Assembly (NCBI RefSeq): GCF_028641065.1
Contig: NC_073402.1
Coordinates: 22,382,001-22,446,000 of the forward strand
DNA from: Leucoraja erinacea
Taxonomy: Eukaryota
DNA length: 64,000 nt
Direction of reading: 5' to 3'
A program made the translations under genes and the position numbers. Positions within the stretch are counted from its first letter, which is position 1; each line of letters opens with the position of its first letter. Under the pieces are notes generated by a model. It was not told where the DNA came from. It saw nothing but the letters and a program-made list of their open reading frames with translations, and did no database searches. This document shows positions 11,901 through 23,300 of this stretch, in pieces.

Positions 11901-13153
11901 CATTGATTCGGGTGACTATGCGCAACAGTTATAATTCAGCCCATGGCCACTGGCGGGTGTCAGGGTGAAAGACAAAGACCTCGGCCCCAGTCAGGGACCC
12001 ATAGCTTGCTGGTCTGTCCAAATGTTTGTGAGAGCGGTCTTTACTTTCAGTGGGAGCTGAGAGAGTCTCCGGGAGAGTGACCGGGAGGTTAGATGGATCT
12101 CAATGACTGGGGAGTGAGAGTATTGCTCTTTTTAACTTGGGTTAAAGCATAGGTGAAAGCATTGGCAAAGAGTTGCCCACTGTCTGCCTGTCCCTGACCA
12201 TTATGGCCATTTGTTTTATGTTACAATAACCTGTCGGTCAGCAGCAGAATCTCATCACATAAGGATCAACCTGCAAAGACCCAGGGTTCTTCTAAAATGT
12301 TACCCCTCTTCAGCCAAGACCAGCAAAACCTCTTCCGGTAAGATCAGCGCAGTGTATCTTTCAGCTTCCTCCCAATCTGTGGTGTTCTCTCACCCTCTGG
12401 CCTCTTGCCCGTGTTGTTTGGCAGTCACTGTCAATGGGCAGGATTCCAGGCCTGATTGGATCTACTGATTAGCCCCAGATTGTATCTGCCTCTCACCCTC
12501 CTTCTGTATCCACAGGAATATAAATATTTGTTTGAAGGTGCGGGGAAAATAAAAATTCTGATGAGAAGACCCTCGAGGATAAGTTCCTTGAATATGAGGT
12601 AAAGGCTCTAATTGGGCTGCTCATCCCCTTGCGCACACGTTTTTCTTAAACTCCTTGAGCCAACCCTTCCCCTCCCTACAGTGTCCACTCTCATCCCCAA
12701 ACTCCCGTTTACTGCTCGTGACAATAAACTAAACTCATGTGACCCTTCCTCACGATTCATGTCCATTTCCCTCCAGAGATGTTGCCTGACCTACTGAATT
12801 ATTCCAGCGCTTCATATTGTATTAAAGATTCCAGCATCTGCTGCCCCTAATAATCCAGGTTAAGCACAGGGGCTATTGGCTGAGGAAACAGACCCCCATA
12901 TAACTGACGCACTTACCCAGGGCAATGTGTACCTATTTACTGCACTCACACCTTTACCGAACTGTAACGCTTTCATGTTCTCACCCCTCAGGTGAAGCTC
13001 AACATGCTGGCGTTTGAAAGCCAGTTTCACTTTGGTGTGTTTCACGCGTACATGAAGCTGAAGGAACAGGAGTGTCGGAACATTGTGTGGATCGCAGAGT
13101 GTATTGCCCAGAGACATCGTGCTCGCATCGACAACTACATCCCCATATTCTAA
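2840..13153 (+). CDS. ATP6V0D1-like: V-type proton ATPase V0 subunit d (d1-like, divergent paralogue), 8 coding exons; 352 aa if a 1-nt deletion in exon 7 is corrected
   Basis: Exons 2840-2966, 5848-6019, 6430-6608, 8800-8879, 9984-10061, 11684-11860, 12516-12598, 12992-13153, all with GT..AG introns. Translation runs [21 protein letters not shown]...[14 protein letters not shown]...[20 protein letters not shown]...[30 protein letters not shown], unmistakably the vATP-synt_AC39 family. Confidence 0.95.
3868..4269 (+). mobile_element. CR1 LINE 3' fragment (family A)
   Basis: [28 protein letters not shown] plus the conserved 3' tail. Confidence 0.9.
5848..6019 (+). CDS. V-ATPase subunit d exon 2
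   Basis: ttctgcag acceptor; [34 protein letters not shown]...FLDYIT; donor gttagt. Confidence 0.95.
6430..6608 (+). CDS. V-ATPase subunit d exon 3
   Basis: [59 protein letters not shown]; donor gtaaga. Confidence 0.95.
7520..7815 (-). mobile_element. Penelope-like element GIY-YIG endonuclease fragment
   Basis: [52 protein letters not shown], the PLE-type GIY-YIG. Confidence 0.9.
8800..8879 (+). CDS. V-ATPase subunit d exon 4
   Basis: [27 protein letters not shown]; cctcag acceptor, gtaaca donor. Confidence 0.95.
9248..9858 (+). mobile_element. CR1 LINE 3' fragment
   Basis: [30 protein letters not shown]. Confidence 0.85.
9984..10061 (+). CDS. V-ATPase subunit d exon 5
   Basis: [26 protein letters not shown]; tttcag acceptor, gtagga donor. 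Confidence 0.95.
11684..11860 (+). CDS. V-ATPase subunit d exon 6
   Basis: [59 protein letters not shown]; ctctag acceptor, gtatgt donor. Confidence 0.95.
12516..12598 (+). CDS. V-ATPase subunit d exon 7 (83 nt, apparent 1-nt deletion)
   Basis: [10 protein letters not shown] in one frame and [17 protein letters not shown] in the next; both flanking introns are phase 0 by homology, so 84 nt is expected. Confidence 0.9.
12992..13153 (+). CDS. V-ATPase subunit d exon 8 (terminal)
   Basis: [56 protein letters not shown]. Confidence 0.95.
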   Translation: MKLNMLAFESQFHFGVFHAYMKLKEQECRNIVWIAECIAQRHRARIDNYIPIF

Positions 13154-13254
13154 CTACATCGGAGCAGATCTGATGTTACCAACTCTGTAACATGTACCAA
13201 GCAACTGATGCTCAATTACAAGCCACAGTAACTTACACGAGTAACCTCCTTCCC

Positions 13255-13260
13255 AATAAA
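13255..13260 (+). terminator. Polyadenylation signal of the V-ATPase d gene
   Basis: AATAAA about 100 nt after the stop codon. Confidence 0.6.
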
Positions 13261-15022
13261 CTTGAAGTCATCTACTCTTTGCTCTTCACCTGAGTTGCCC
13301 CCAGTAATCAACCTTTAGTCATTTGCTTGTCTTCATGGTCAATCCAGGGGGGAGTGGTTCCAGAGTGGAACTCAAATTTCACTTTATCTTAGATTAGATT
13401 GGATTGGATTCCTTTATTGTCATTCAGACCTTTCGGTCTGAACAAAATTCCGTTGCCTGCAGTCATACATATAACAAATAACAAAACACACAATAAACAC
13501 AAATTAACATCCACCACAGTGAGTTCACCAGGCACCTCCTCACTGTGATGGAGGCAAAAGTCTTAAAGTCTCTGTCTCTTCCCTCCTTGTTCTCCCTCTG
13601 CGCTGAGGCAATCCAGGCTTCCGTTGTAGTGACAATAAACTGACCTTGAAACCTTGAAATAATGGGTGATGTGCGATCTTAATAACATGCTCAGTCACGA
13701 TTCTGTCTGCTTTACTGAATTCTGCAACGTTGCTTGCTCACAGAATGATTTGTTGCTCAAGACTGCAATATTGGATTGGATGTACGCAGCCACGAGTGTC
13801 CAATCAAAAAGGAGAGTTAATCCTTGTGCACCAAACTATTAAAAATGAATTGATACCCTCAGTAAGATACTTTTTGAATTATGTGTAAAGTAACACACAA
13901 CAGTGTCTGAGTCAAAATAACAGTGACACATAATAGTGTCAGTGTCTGGTCATGACTGGGATTGACGTGCTGCCCAGTTACACTATACATTGGGACTGTC
14001 ATAGTGTCCCATCGGTGCTGTGTAATGGGATTTCTATGTTTCCCAATCAATGCCAAGGTAGGATAATTATTCTTCACAATGTGACAATGCATGAAAATGG
14101 ATTAATCATCGCCAGGAGCGTAGGTCTGTTACACTGTGCCAATGCAGGTCAATGGATTCCTCACGTAAGCCAAGTGAAGGGCAATGGATTCATCACATTA
14201 TGGCATTGCTGGAAGATGAGACCGCCATGCTTTGCAAATGCAGCTGTATACAATTATGATGTTGCACTTAATACACATTTTTTTTATTGGAGAGATACTA
14301 CTATCAACTGGTAAAAGGCAAAATTAAATGATTCACACTCTCAACTAGAAAGACAAAGTATCAGCCCAATATCAAGACATGATATGATCAGTCGTAGACT
14401 TGTGGTATCCAGCTTTCTCTGAATATTCTGGGGTTTGATAAGGCGTTATATTTGGTTTGGGGATCCATTTCTCTCCAATTCCCTCAGTTCTCCTCTATCG
14501 TGACAGTGCCACATCAGTTAGTTGGTCTCGGCTTGACCCACTACAAATGTTGTTGTCACAATACAGGTTGACTATTGGCTGCAACACTGTCCTCTCCATT
14601 ATTCACTTCAGCGTTTATGCCGCATCCTAGTTGTTGGTACTGAGCCAATTAGATACTGAGGTCCATAGGGTACATTCAAGGACATCAATTCCCACATGGA
14701 TATAGATTTAACCACATTTATATCTCCTTATCGTAACCTCGGCATCTAATTTCTTGCTGCAGCCAGCTTTACACCCCACTGTTGAGGTGTAGAATGTCTT
14801 AGAATGAATCTAATCTTTCTTATCTCAGGACACCAATAGATCAGTCTTATTTGTTCAAATGGATTAATTTCAGACTTTGGGACTCAGTAGAGTTTGCTAA
14901 CTTCTCAATTTATCTATGTCACTTAGTGAAGTTGGGAGAATGACACATTGTGGTTTTGTCTCATACCTCATGCTGGTTGGGTTCCAGCCTGTAATCAATC
15001 AGTCCTAGAGATTCACTACATC

Positions 15023-15480
15023 ACAGTGGCGTAGCTGGTAGAGCTGCCGTCTCATAGTGCCAGAGACCCGGCTCAATCTTGACCTTGGATGCTCTCTGCG
15101 TGGAGTTTGCAGGTTATCCCTGTCGCCCTGTGGATTTCCTCTGGGTTCTCTGGTTTCCTCCCACGTCCCAAAGACGTGCAGGCTTGAAAGTTAATTGGCC
15201 TCTGTAAATTGTGTGTTGGGAGTGGATGTAGAAATCTAGAAACAAAGAACTGCAGCTGATGGTTAATATAAAAATATACATAGTAACTGTGGAGTAACTC
15301 AGCAGGTCAGGAGTAACTCAGCAGGTCAGGAGTAACTCCGCAGGTCAGGAGTAACTCCGCAGGTCGGGCAGCATCAAAGATGAATGGAAGAGAAAGTATG
15401 ATACATAGAACTAGTGTGAACAGGTGATCGATGGTTGGCAAGAACCCGGTGGGCAAAAGGCATGGTTCCTTGCTCCATCT
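15023..15480 (+). mobile_element. V-SINE (HE1-like, tRNA-derived) interrupted by a Penelope-derived repeat
   Basis: tRNA-like head ACAGTGGCGTAGCTGGTAGAGC; V-domain GTGGAGTTTGCA..GGTTTCCTCCCACGTCCCAAAGACGTGC. Confidence 0.8.
15291..15366 (+). repeat. 19-bp tandem repeat x4
   Basis: GGAGTAACTC(A/C)GCAGGTCA repeated four times, derived from the Penelope terminal repeat. Confidence 0.9.
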
Positions 15481-16499
15481 TTCAATCGATCAATTCATTT
15501 AAATTGTTATCAATCTCCTTACATATTTTCTTAACATTCCCAATAACTATCCTTGCATGTGTTCCGACTGAGAACATTGTCTATTCTTCATTCTGGGATG
15601 GAGGTTATTCACCTTCTAACGACCACAATCACTGGCATAAAGTGACAAACCATTATCCTGCACTAGAACAGTAATAAATCTGTTACATTATTACCACTGC
15701 AGGATACTTGTTCATTACACTATGGTAATATTGGATAATAGGCTCGGGACACTGCCAATACACACTGTGCACACGCACTATAATGGGTTTGTCAACAAAC
15801 CACAAGCCATTAGTTAGTTGGCATACTTTACATTTGCCTGGGCTAAGGCAGTTAACTATAACAACACTCAGCTAAACTTTTTTTTACTCTACCAATAATA
15901 CCACTCTTTCCTACATAGATAATAAAAACAATGGCTTCTCACTATCCATCCTCCAGCCCCAAGATAAGTCAGACACCAATCAGACAACACCATCCACAGG
16001 GATCATACTCCTAACTGCTGAGACAGTCATTCTCTCATAAATATACAGTATTGGCGCTTCCAATGCCCCATTCCATTTAATTCCACCCTCTTGATTAGCC
16101 TTCAATTGTACTTTTTATTGCCTCAGGTACCTTGGTACAGTGAAAATGTTTTTGTTTTACACACAGTTCAATAACAATCTTACTATACATTAGGCACAAT
16201 CATACTGAAGCACAAGTAGATTACACCGAGGCAATGGGCAAGAGCTGCTATGTTTCCGCTGCCATCTTGAACCCTTCAAATTCATAAATACCTGTAAATG
16301 TGGAAAATTCTTCTGCGTGTGTGTTTACTCTGCGATCAAGTTGCACAGCAGAGTTATGTGACGTGCCTGTCGCAAATATGCAAGAGCTTCAAAGATATGA
16401 AAGTTTGCATCACAAGTTTCGCAATTCAGTATGTAAATAGTAAATGCCATCTGGCTTTTTGGATGAATTCACAAGGATGTCACAACCTCTGTGCCATGA

Positions 16500-17110
16500 T
16501 TCTTCCCCCTTCGCTCGTCTATAGTTACCTTGAACCGGTTGCACAGGATGAAAGTTCAGACCCCCTGATCTGTGCCTCTGGTCACTCCACATAAGAGTGG
16601 GTGTCACTTGTCCAGGAACTACTCTCCCCTGAAATCACAGCTCAGCCTCCTCCAGCTGGACAGTACTGAGCAGATGTGTTTGCCACCCATATGCTGGTTT
16701 TAACTTTCTGCTGTGTGTTTATAATACATTCTAACTTACATGGGTTAAACTGAGAACGGTGGGAGGAGGCTAGTGTGCGTGAACAATGTGGATCGAAGAG
16801 TTCGATTTTTATGCTGCAAATATTGGGTAATAACTGGAAACATTTGTCCCTTTTACTTTGTGTATAAGTCAGCGTTTCCTGTTTCGATTTTTTTTCCCCT
16901 TCCTGGAGCAGCTGGTGACGTCAGTGCTCACCTGGTGCAGGTGAGGAGCTGCCGGGACGCGGCGGGAGAGACCGGGATCGACAGGGGACAACCGGGCCGG
17001 AGAGTGGGCAGCGCGCGGCTTGTAACCCGGAGTGGGCAGCGCGGGTCGCGGGAGGCGACCTCAGCGGGGCCTCGCCTCCAGTAGCGTGTTATGGTAAGGA
17101 TCCGGAAACC
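16500..17110 (+). promoter_or_regulatory. CpG-rich promoter and probable non-coding first exon of KDF1 (exon ends at 17093)
   Basis: CpG-dense 16940-17110; CRE TGACGTCA 16916-16923; E-boxes CACCTG 16929-16934 and CAGGTG 16938-16943; GRHL consensus AACCGGTT 16533-16540; strong donor ATG|gtaagg at 17093/17094; no other + strand gene was found before KDF1 exon 2. Confidence 0.7.
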
Positions 17111-17699
17111 GCTGCCCTGCCCCAAGCTCTGGCAAGTTCTCTTGTTGGTGAAAAACTTTTTTTTTTTTTTTCACCCCCATAGGGAAAGTTTAGTAACTCT
17201 GGAGTGAGAGAAGCAAAAGGTTAACATGGAGGGAGAGGAGAGGAGGCGAATGGGGACAGTTAGTAAGCGAGAGAGTGAGTGAAAGAGTGGAAGAGAAGTT
17301 TGGAATGAGATTGGCGAAGGAGGAAAAAAAAGAAAGTGAACAAGGAAGGTAACAGGAGAGTGAAAGAAAAAGGGAGGGAATGGGGAGGGGAGAGATGCGG
17401 AGAGAGAGAGGCCAGGAGGAAGAATCAAAGAGGGAGTTTGCATTTCTGTAACAGCTTTCAAGATTTATTTTTGCAGCAAATAAAATATATTTGAATTGTA
17501 GGCAATATTGTGATGAAGGGAATATGGCATCCAACAGATTGACACAAAGTGCTGGAGTAACACAGCGGGTCAGGCAGCATCTCTGGAGAAAAAAAGATGG
17601 GTGACGTTTTGGGTCATAACCCTTCTTCAGACCTGTGCACAACAGAACAGATTCATATAAAATATCGGTTACAGAAGGCCATACGACCATCTTGCCCTT

Positions 17700-18220
17700 G
17701 CTGGTTGTGTCAGAGCTACCTGGGCTAATTCTGACCTCCAGCACTGCATTTGTAATGGCTGTTGCAGGCAAAGTATCACCATTTTTTGGGGGCTGCTTGC
17801 CTGCCACCTAGAGTAGTCCTGGCCTAGAGATTCTACGAGACCGCAAGGATGTCACATTTATTTTCCAAGGAAGGTTTGAGGAGATCCTTGTGCATTTTCT
17901 CTAGCCTCCTGGAAACTGATGTGATGCGAGTCAGAGTGGGGAGCTTGTTCCGTGAGTCTGGTGTTGGGCATGTGGATGGTGTGGCCTGCATTCTGAAGCT
18001 TGTGTTGTGTGATCACAGCTGCTGCTCATGACCTTGGCTTGGGAGAGGCTGCTGACCTTGATTGATCAAGGCTGCCAATGATCTGGATGGTTGTGTGCAA
18101 GCAGCATTATTGTCGCTTCAGTCTTTTCAGATGCCTGTTCTAATTATCCCACAAATTCAGGAGGGCAGGAATGATTGTTGCTCGGTAGAACATGGCTCTT
18201 TTTAGCCATTTGGGAAAGTT
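17700..18220 (-). mobile_element. Degenerate RTE (BovB-like) LINE C-terminal fragment
   Basis: Minus-strand remnants FYRATIIPALL, AGH..HMPNTRL, PGG.RK and KDLLKPSL, typical of the RTE ORF C-terminus. Confidence 0.5.
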
Positions 18221-18934
18221 GATAGGAACACGGGATTAATATAGGATTAGTGTAAATGGACTCGGTGGGCTGAAGTGTCTTTTTCCATGCTCTATCCCCC
18301 GCTGACTGTGACTCTATTCAGTCAAATGTTTTGCTTGTGTTGGAAGTCTGTGATGAATTTTGCTGTCAATGTCTGGCCTTGGGATGACTCTTGATGTGTG
18401 GGAACTGATACATATTGACCAAGGGCAATAAGACCATAGCTGATCCCCATCTGACTTCATCCACTTAACTGAATTCTGTAATGTTTCACATCTTTTGGTA
18501 CTTTTTGAAAAATATATTGATCTCAGTTTTGAAATTTACACCCTGCCAGCTCGTGGGGAATGTGTTCCATCTTTCAAGCAGACATTTTGAGTAGGAATCT
18601 TTCCGGACTTTGCTGCTCAATAGCCTGATTTTGTAATGATGTAGTTCTGGACTTGGCTCAGTAACCCTGCATCCCCACCTCCCTTCCCAAAGCAAAAACT
18701 TACTTCTCTTTAATCTATCGGTTTATTTAATCATCTTTAAACACTTCAACCAGATCATCCTTTAATCTGCTCAACTCGTTTGTAAGTACAAACTTAGTTT
18801 TATTTTATTCAGTTCACCCCAGGATCATACTAGGACTGTAGATGCCAGGAACTGCAAATGGTGGAATATCATGTAGAACACACAGTGCTGGAGTAACTCA
18901 TTGGGACAGGCAGCATCTCGGAAGGACATGAATT

Positions 18935-19274
18935 GCAGGAAGATTGTTCCCGATGTTAGGGAAGTCCAGGACAAGGGGTCACAGCTTAAGGATAAGGGGG
19001 AAATCCTTTAAAACCGAGATGAGAAGAACTTTTTTCACACGGAGAGTGGTGAATCTCTGGAACTCTCTGCCACAGAGGGTAGTTGAGGCCAGTTCATTGG
19101 CTATATTTAAGAGGGAGTTAGATGTGGCCCTTGTGGCTAAGGGGATCAGGGGGTATGGAGAGAAGGCAGGTACGGGATACTGAGTTGGATGATCAGCCAT
19201 GATCATATTGAATGGCGGTGCAGGCTCGAAGGGCCGAATGGCCTACTCCTGCACCTAATTTCTATGTTTCTATG
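18935..19274 (+). mobile_element. CR1 LINE 3' fragment (family A)
   Basis: [35 protein letters not shown] plus tail. Confidence 0.9.
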
Positions 19275-19747
19275 AATTGGTGATGTTTTGGTTCAGGACC
19301 ATTCTTCAATCTGAAGAGGGTCCCACACAAAATATCACTATCCGTATCCTCCAGAGATGCTGCCTAATCAATTGAGTTACTTCCAGCACTTTATGTCACA
19401 TTTTAACTGTTTTAGTGAATTTGTTTTTGTGATTTCAGTTCTTGAACTTTCTATAACCCATGGTTTTGAGTTACTTGACGTTTAAGAAATAACTAGATTT
19501 GGTTCCTTTAACAGAATGATCATGTGTCCAAAGTTACAATCGGGCCACGTCTCCAGGTGATATTTCATTTGGAGGAGCTTAGCTCAGGGTGAGTCAGTGT
19601 GGATGAAGTCATTGAGGCTCAGTTAAGATTGGCCACCCGTGCTATGGAGCATGAACTCTTGGTATCATTGCTAGCCTGTACATGGTGAATGTATAGAGAC
19701 GGTAAGACAGTCTGTGCCCCAAACCCCGTTTTATTTCTAAGAATAAC

Positions 19748-20145
19748 TGAGAATGAGGGGGGATCTTATAGAAACTTTCAAACTTCTTAAGAGGTTGGAC
19801 AGGCTAGATGCAGGAAGATTGTTCCCGATGTTGGGGAAGTTCAGAACAAGGGGTCACAGTTTAAGGATAAGGGGGAAATCTTTTAGGACCGAGATGAGGA
19901 AAACATTTTTCACAGAGAGTGGTGAATCTGTGGAATTCTCTGCCACAGAAGGTAGTTGAGGCCAGTTCATTGGCTATATTTAAGAGGGAGTTAGATGTGG
20001 CCCTTGTGGCTAAAGGGATCAGGGGGTATGGAGAGAATGCAGGTGCAGGATACTGAGTTGGATGATCAGCCATGATCATATTGAATGGCGGTGCAGGCTC
20101 GAAGGGCCGAATGGCCTATTCCTGCACCTATTTTCTATGTTTCTA
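19748..20145 (+). mobile_element. CR1 LINE 3' fragment (family A)
   Basis: [27 protein letters not shown] plus tail. Confidence 0.9.
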
Positions 20146-20208
20146 ACTCTGACACTCCACTACTCCACCCACCATTCCTCTGGCAGCTCCAGTTGTCCAA
20201 TGTTTTAG

Positions 20209-20394
20209 TGTTTAAGAAGGAACTGCAGATGCTGGAAAATCAAAGGTAGACAAAAGTGCTGGAGAAACTCAGCGGGTGCAGCAGCATCTATGGAGCGAAG
20301 GAAATAGGCAACGTTTCGGCACGAAACGTTGCCTATTTCCTTCGCTCCATAGATGCTGCTGCACCCGCTGAGTTTCTCCAGCACTTTTGTCTAC
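20209..20394. repeat. Penelope-derived fold-back element with a perfect 73-bp palindrome and 14-bp TSD
   Basis: Arms 20246-20318 and 20322-20394; GTCCAAT(G/A)TTTTAG at 20195-20208 and 20395-20408. Confidence 0.85.
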
Positions 20395-23300
20395 GTCCAA
20401 TATTTTAGGACTGGACGGTGTCACTCTTCACAGTAGAACAGAAACAGACCATATGATTTGGCTAGTTTATGTTGGAATTTGGTCTATACAAGCCTCTTTC
20501 CATCGCTAATCCGTTAATCCTACCATCATCTCCTGCTATTCCTTTCACCTTCTGTATATTTAGCTTTCCATTAAACATGCCTGTGCTCTATTCCTTCACT
20601 GCTCTGTGTAACAGTAGTTTGCATGTCTCTGGGATAATAAGTTTCTCTTGAACTCCTTACTGGACTTTGATATTCATTGTCTTGTATTTATAGCAAAGTA
20701 ATTTCAAACTTTCTGTAAATGTAAAGATCTGCATCATCTCACCTGAACCTGTACATTATCAAAAAATACCTGAACCTTATTTTTTAGAATATTGAGCCTG
20801 ATGGCATAACCTCAATGTTCGATTATTACTCTAAAATGTATTTTTTGTCTGGAACAGAAACACGTATGGCAGGGAACAATGCCGTGTTGGGGCAAAATGT
20901 CAGTGGTTGCCAGTTTTCGGGAGAGCCCGCTGTCAGCCTAAACTCCCACTGCCACATATCCAACCATTTGGAATGTGGCAATGTCACCTTGACTCCTCTC
21001 TTTGCTTTTTGAACATGGAACATAGAACAGTAGCATTGGAACAGGCCTATCAGCCCACAATGTCTGTGCCGAACATGGTGTCAGGTTCAACTAATCCTCT
21101 TTGCCTCCACATAATCCATTTCAAAGAGTCAAGAGTATTTAATTGTCAGCTGAACTGGCAACAGAACAATGAACTGCCTTCTGTAGCCTTGATGTTGGTG
21201 TTCAACTTTGTTAGACTATATGAATAATTTTCTCGAGGCTGTTACTAATATAACAGGAGTGAAACCAGCTGAAATATTAAAGGAATTGTTTGAAATAATG
21301 ACGTCCTGATGCTCAGGTACTGCTTCCTGCCATACGTCCTGAATGGTGACAGTACAATGTTATTGCGTTTCATCATTACACATCAGAGTGTGAGCCCGCA
21401 CTGACCCTAGTCCTGATGGCACTGAGCAGTAGGGAGAAAAATGAAGTCTCTGGATTACAACGGGGACCACACATCAAAAAGTGCTTGTGTAAGTAATGAG
21501 GGTGTGAAAGATGCTTTATAAATGTAAGAGGTTCTTTGTTTCCAAAGGTTCTTTGAGTATCCTTCTTCAAACACTAGGAACATGTAAGTGCTGTGTATCT
21601 GCAATAACAGTTGAACATGTGTGAAAGGTCAAATCGGTCGGGTACATTACTGGAGAGAAACAGATAACTTTAACGGAGACTCAAGTGACTGCAGATCCTT
21701 GAATCTGGAGCTAAAAACAAACTGCTTGAGAACTTGGGGAAAGGACAGTCGCTGTGTCGGGTCGAGACCCTTCCTCTGGACAGTTTCATTTTTGCTCCAG
21801 CTAACTTTTCAATGTGACCGCCTTTCATGGGTCTAGCAATGTAATTGTTGTCTGTGTCCTGCTTGTTGTCTGTATCAGTGACGGAAGAATAGAGAGGCAC
21901 TTTTCATTGTTTTGTTTGACAGGTAGATTTGATATTGACGGAGCCTAAAGATTGCTTGTTTAATAATATCAGAAGGACATGAGATTTTCAATAATGTCTC
22001 TGTGACAGAATGGAAATTTAACTGTTGAATATAACGACATCAAGGCAGTAACTGAGTGTCTTCAGTCTGTTTGGAACAAGATTGGAGATGATGCAGGGAC
22101 ATCTGACTGTCCCAAGCTAATTTTATTGTGCATTTGTTATATGATGTTGAAATTAATTGTACACAAACTGAGTCTGTGCCTGAAGTGGGTGGCTCTTTGG
22201 TCTCTGAGTTAGATGGTTGTGGCTCATGTTTCAATACAGATCAGGGCTGTACTGAGAACTGACTGCATTGTCCGTGATGAGAAATCGAACAAAAGCCGGG
22301 CATTGAAGTAAGAAGTCTCAGTCCCCATCTTATAAAAATAATGAAGCTTAACTAGCCAACTGAATATGTGTGCGTACATTAACATTATTCAGTTGTATGA
22401 TAGTACAGTACAAAGGTCTGACCTCTGACCCATCAAGTATGTACCAGTTCTTTGATAGACCAATCCAGTTAATTTGTCTTCCTGACTCTTTCCTCGTATC
22501 CTTTGGTTAATTTCTCAGCCCAACCATCCACAGTTCAGAAATCTACTGTTAAATCTATAACCACTTCCTATGAAACTCCGCGCTTCAAATCCCAACCATT
22601 TGTTTTGGGGGGTTTTCTCTCTGTTCTCCCTTATTATTTTGCCAATCACCTTCGATCTGCACACTCTTATTACCAACACTTAAACCATTGCAAATAGTTT
22701 CCCTTAATTTAACCTGTATTAACCTTTTGTGATTTTAAACAGCTTCTGGATTGCTGTGCTATGAGGGACAGCAATTGCAGTTCTTTCTGGCAGTCCACAG
22801 TTTATAGATCGAGAGATGTGTACTCCATTCTCACTCGAACCCTTCGAGTTAATCCTATGTTGTTCTCTTCCAAATCTCCACCCCTTCTTAAAATGTGATC
22901 CCCAGCGTTAGGCATCAGTGGGAGCCGAGTACTCTATATATTTATGCCATCTGTACTCTGCCTCTGTTTATGATAATGATATATTATGGAGATAAGGAGG
23001 AATGTTTTTAGCCAGAAGGTGGTGAATCTGTGGAATTCATTGCCACAGAGGGCAATGGGAGCCAAGACATTAAGTGTTTTCTTAAAGCAGAGGTTGATAG
23101 GTTCTTGATTAATATGGGCATCAAAGGTTACGGGGCGAAGGCAGGGAAAATAGTTCAACTGTGATCGAATGGCAGAGTAGACTTGAGGGGCTAAATGGCC
23201 TAATTCTGCCCCATGTCATGGTCTTCTAACCCCAGAACCTTGAGCTCATTATTGACTTGTGTGTTAGCATACTGCTACTTTCTAAGATTTAAACAGAGGC

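Noticed and set aside
11889-11920. CTGATGA followed by a small stem in intron 6 of the d gene, considered as a hammerhead or C/D snoRNA
   Set aside because: No GAAA after the stem and no suitably placed D box with a terminal stem.
15291-15366. Regular short repeats resembling a CRISPR array
   Set aside because: No unique spacers, eukaryotic context; a simple tandem expansion of a TE segment.
17190-17807. 205-aa minus-strand ORF
   Set aside because: A composite of a purine-rich low-complexity tract, a Penelope repeat and LINE remnants.
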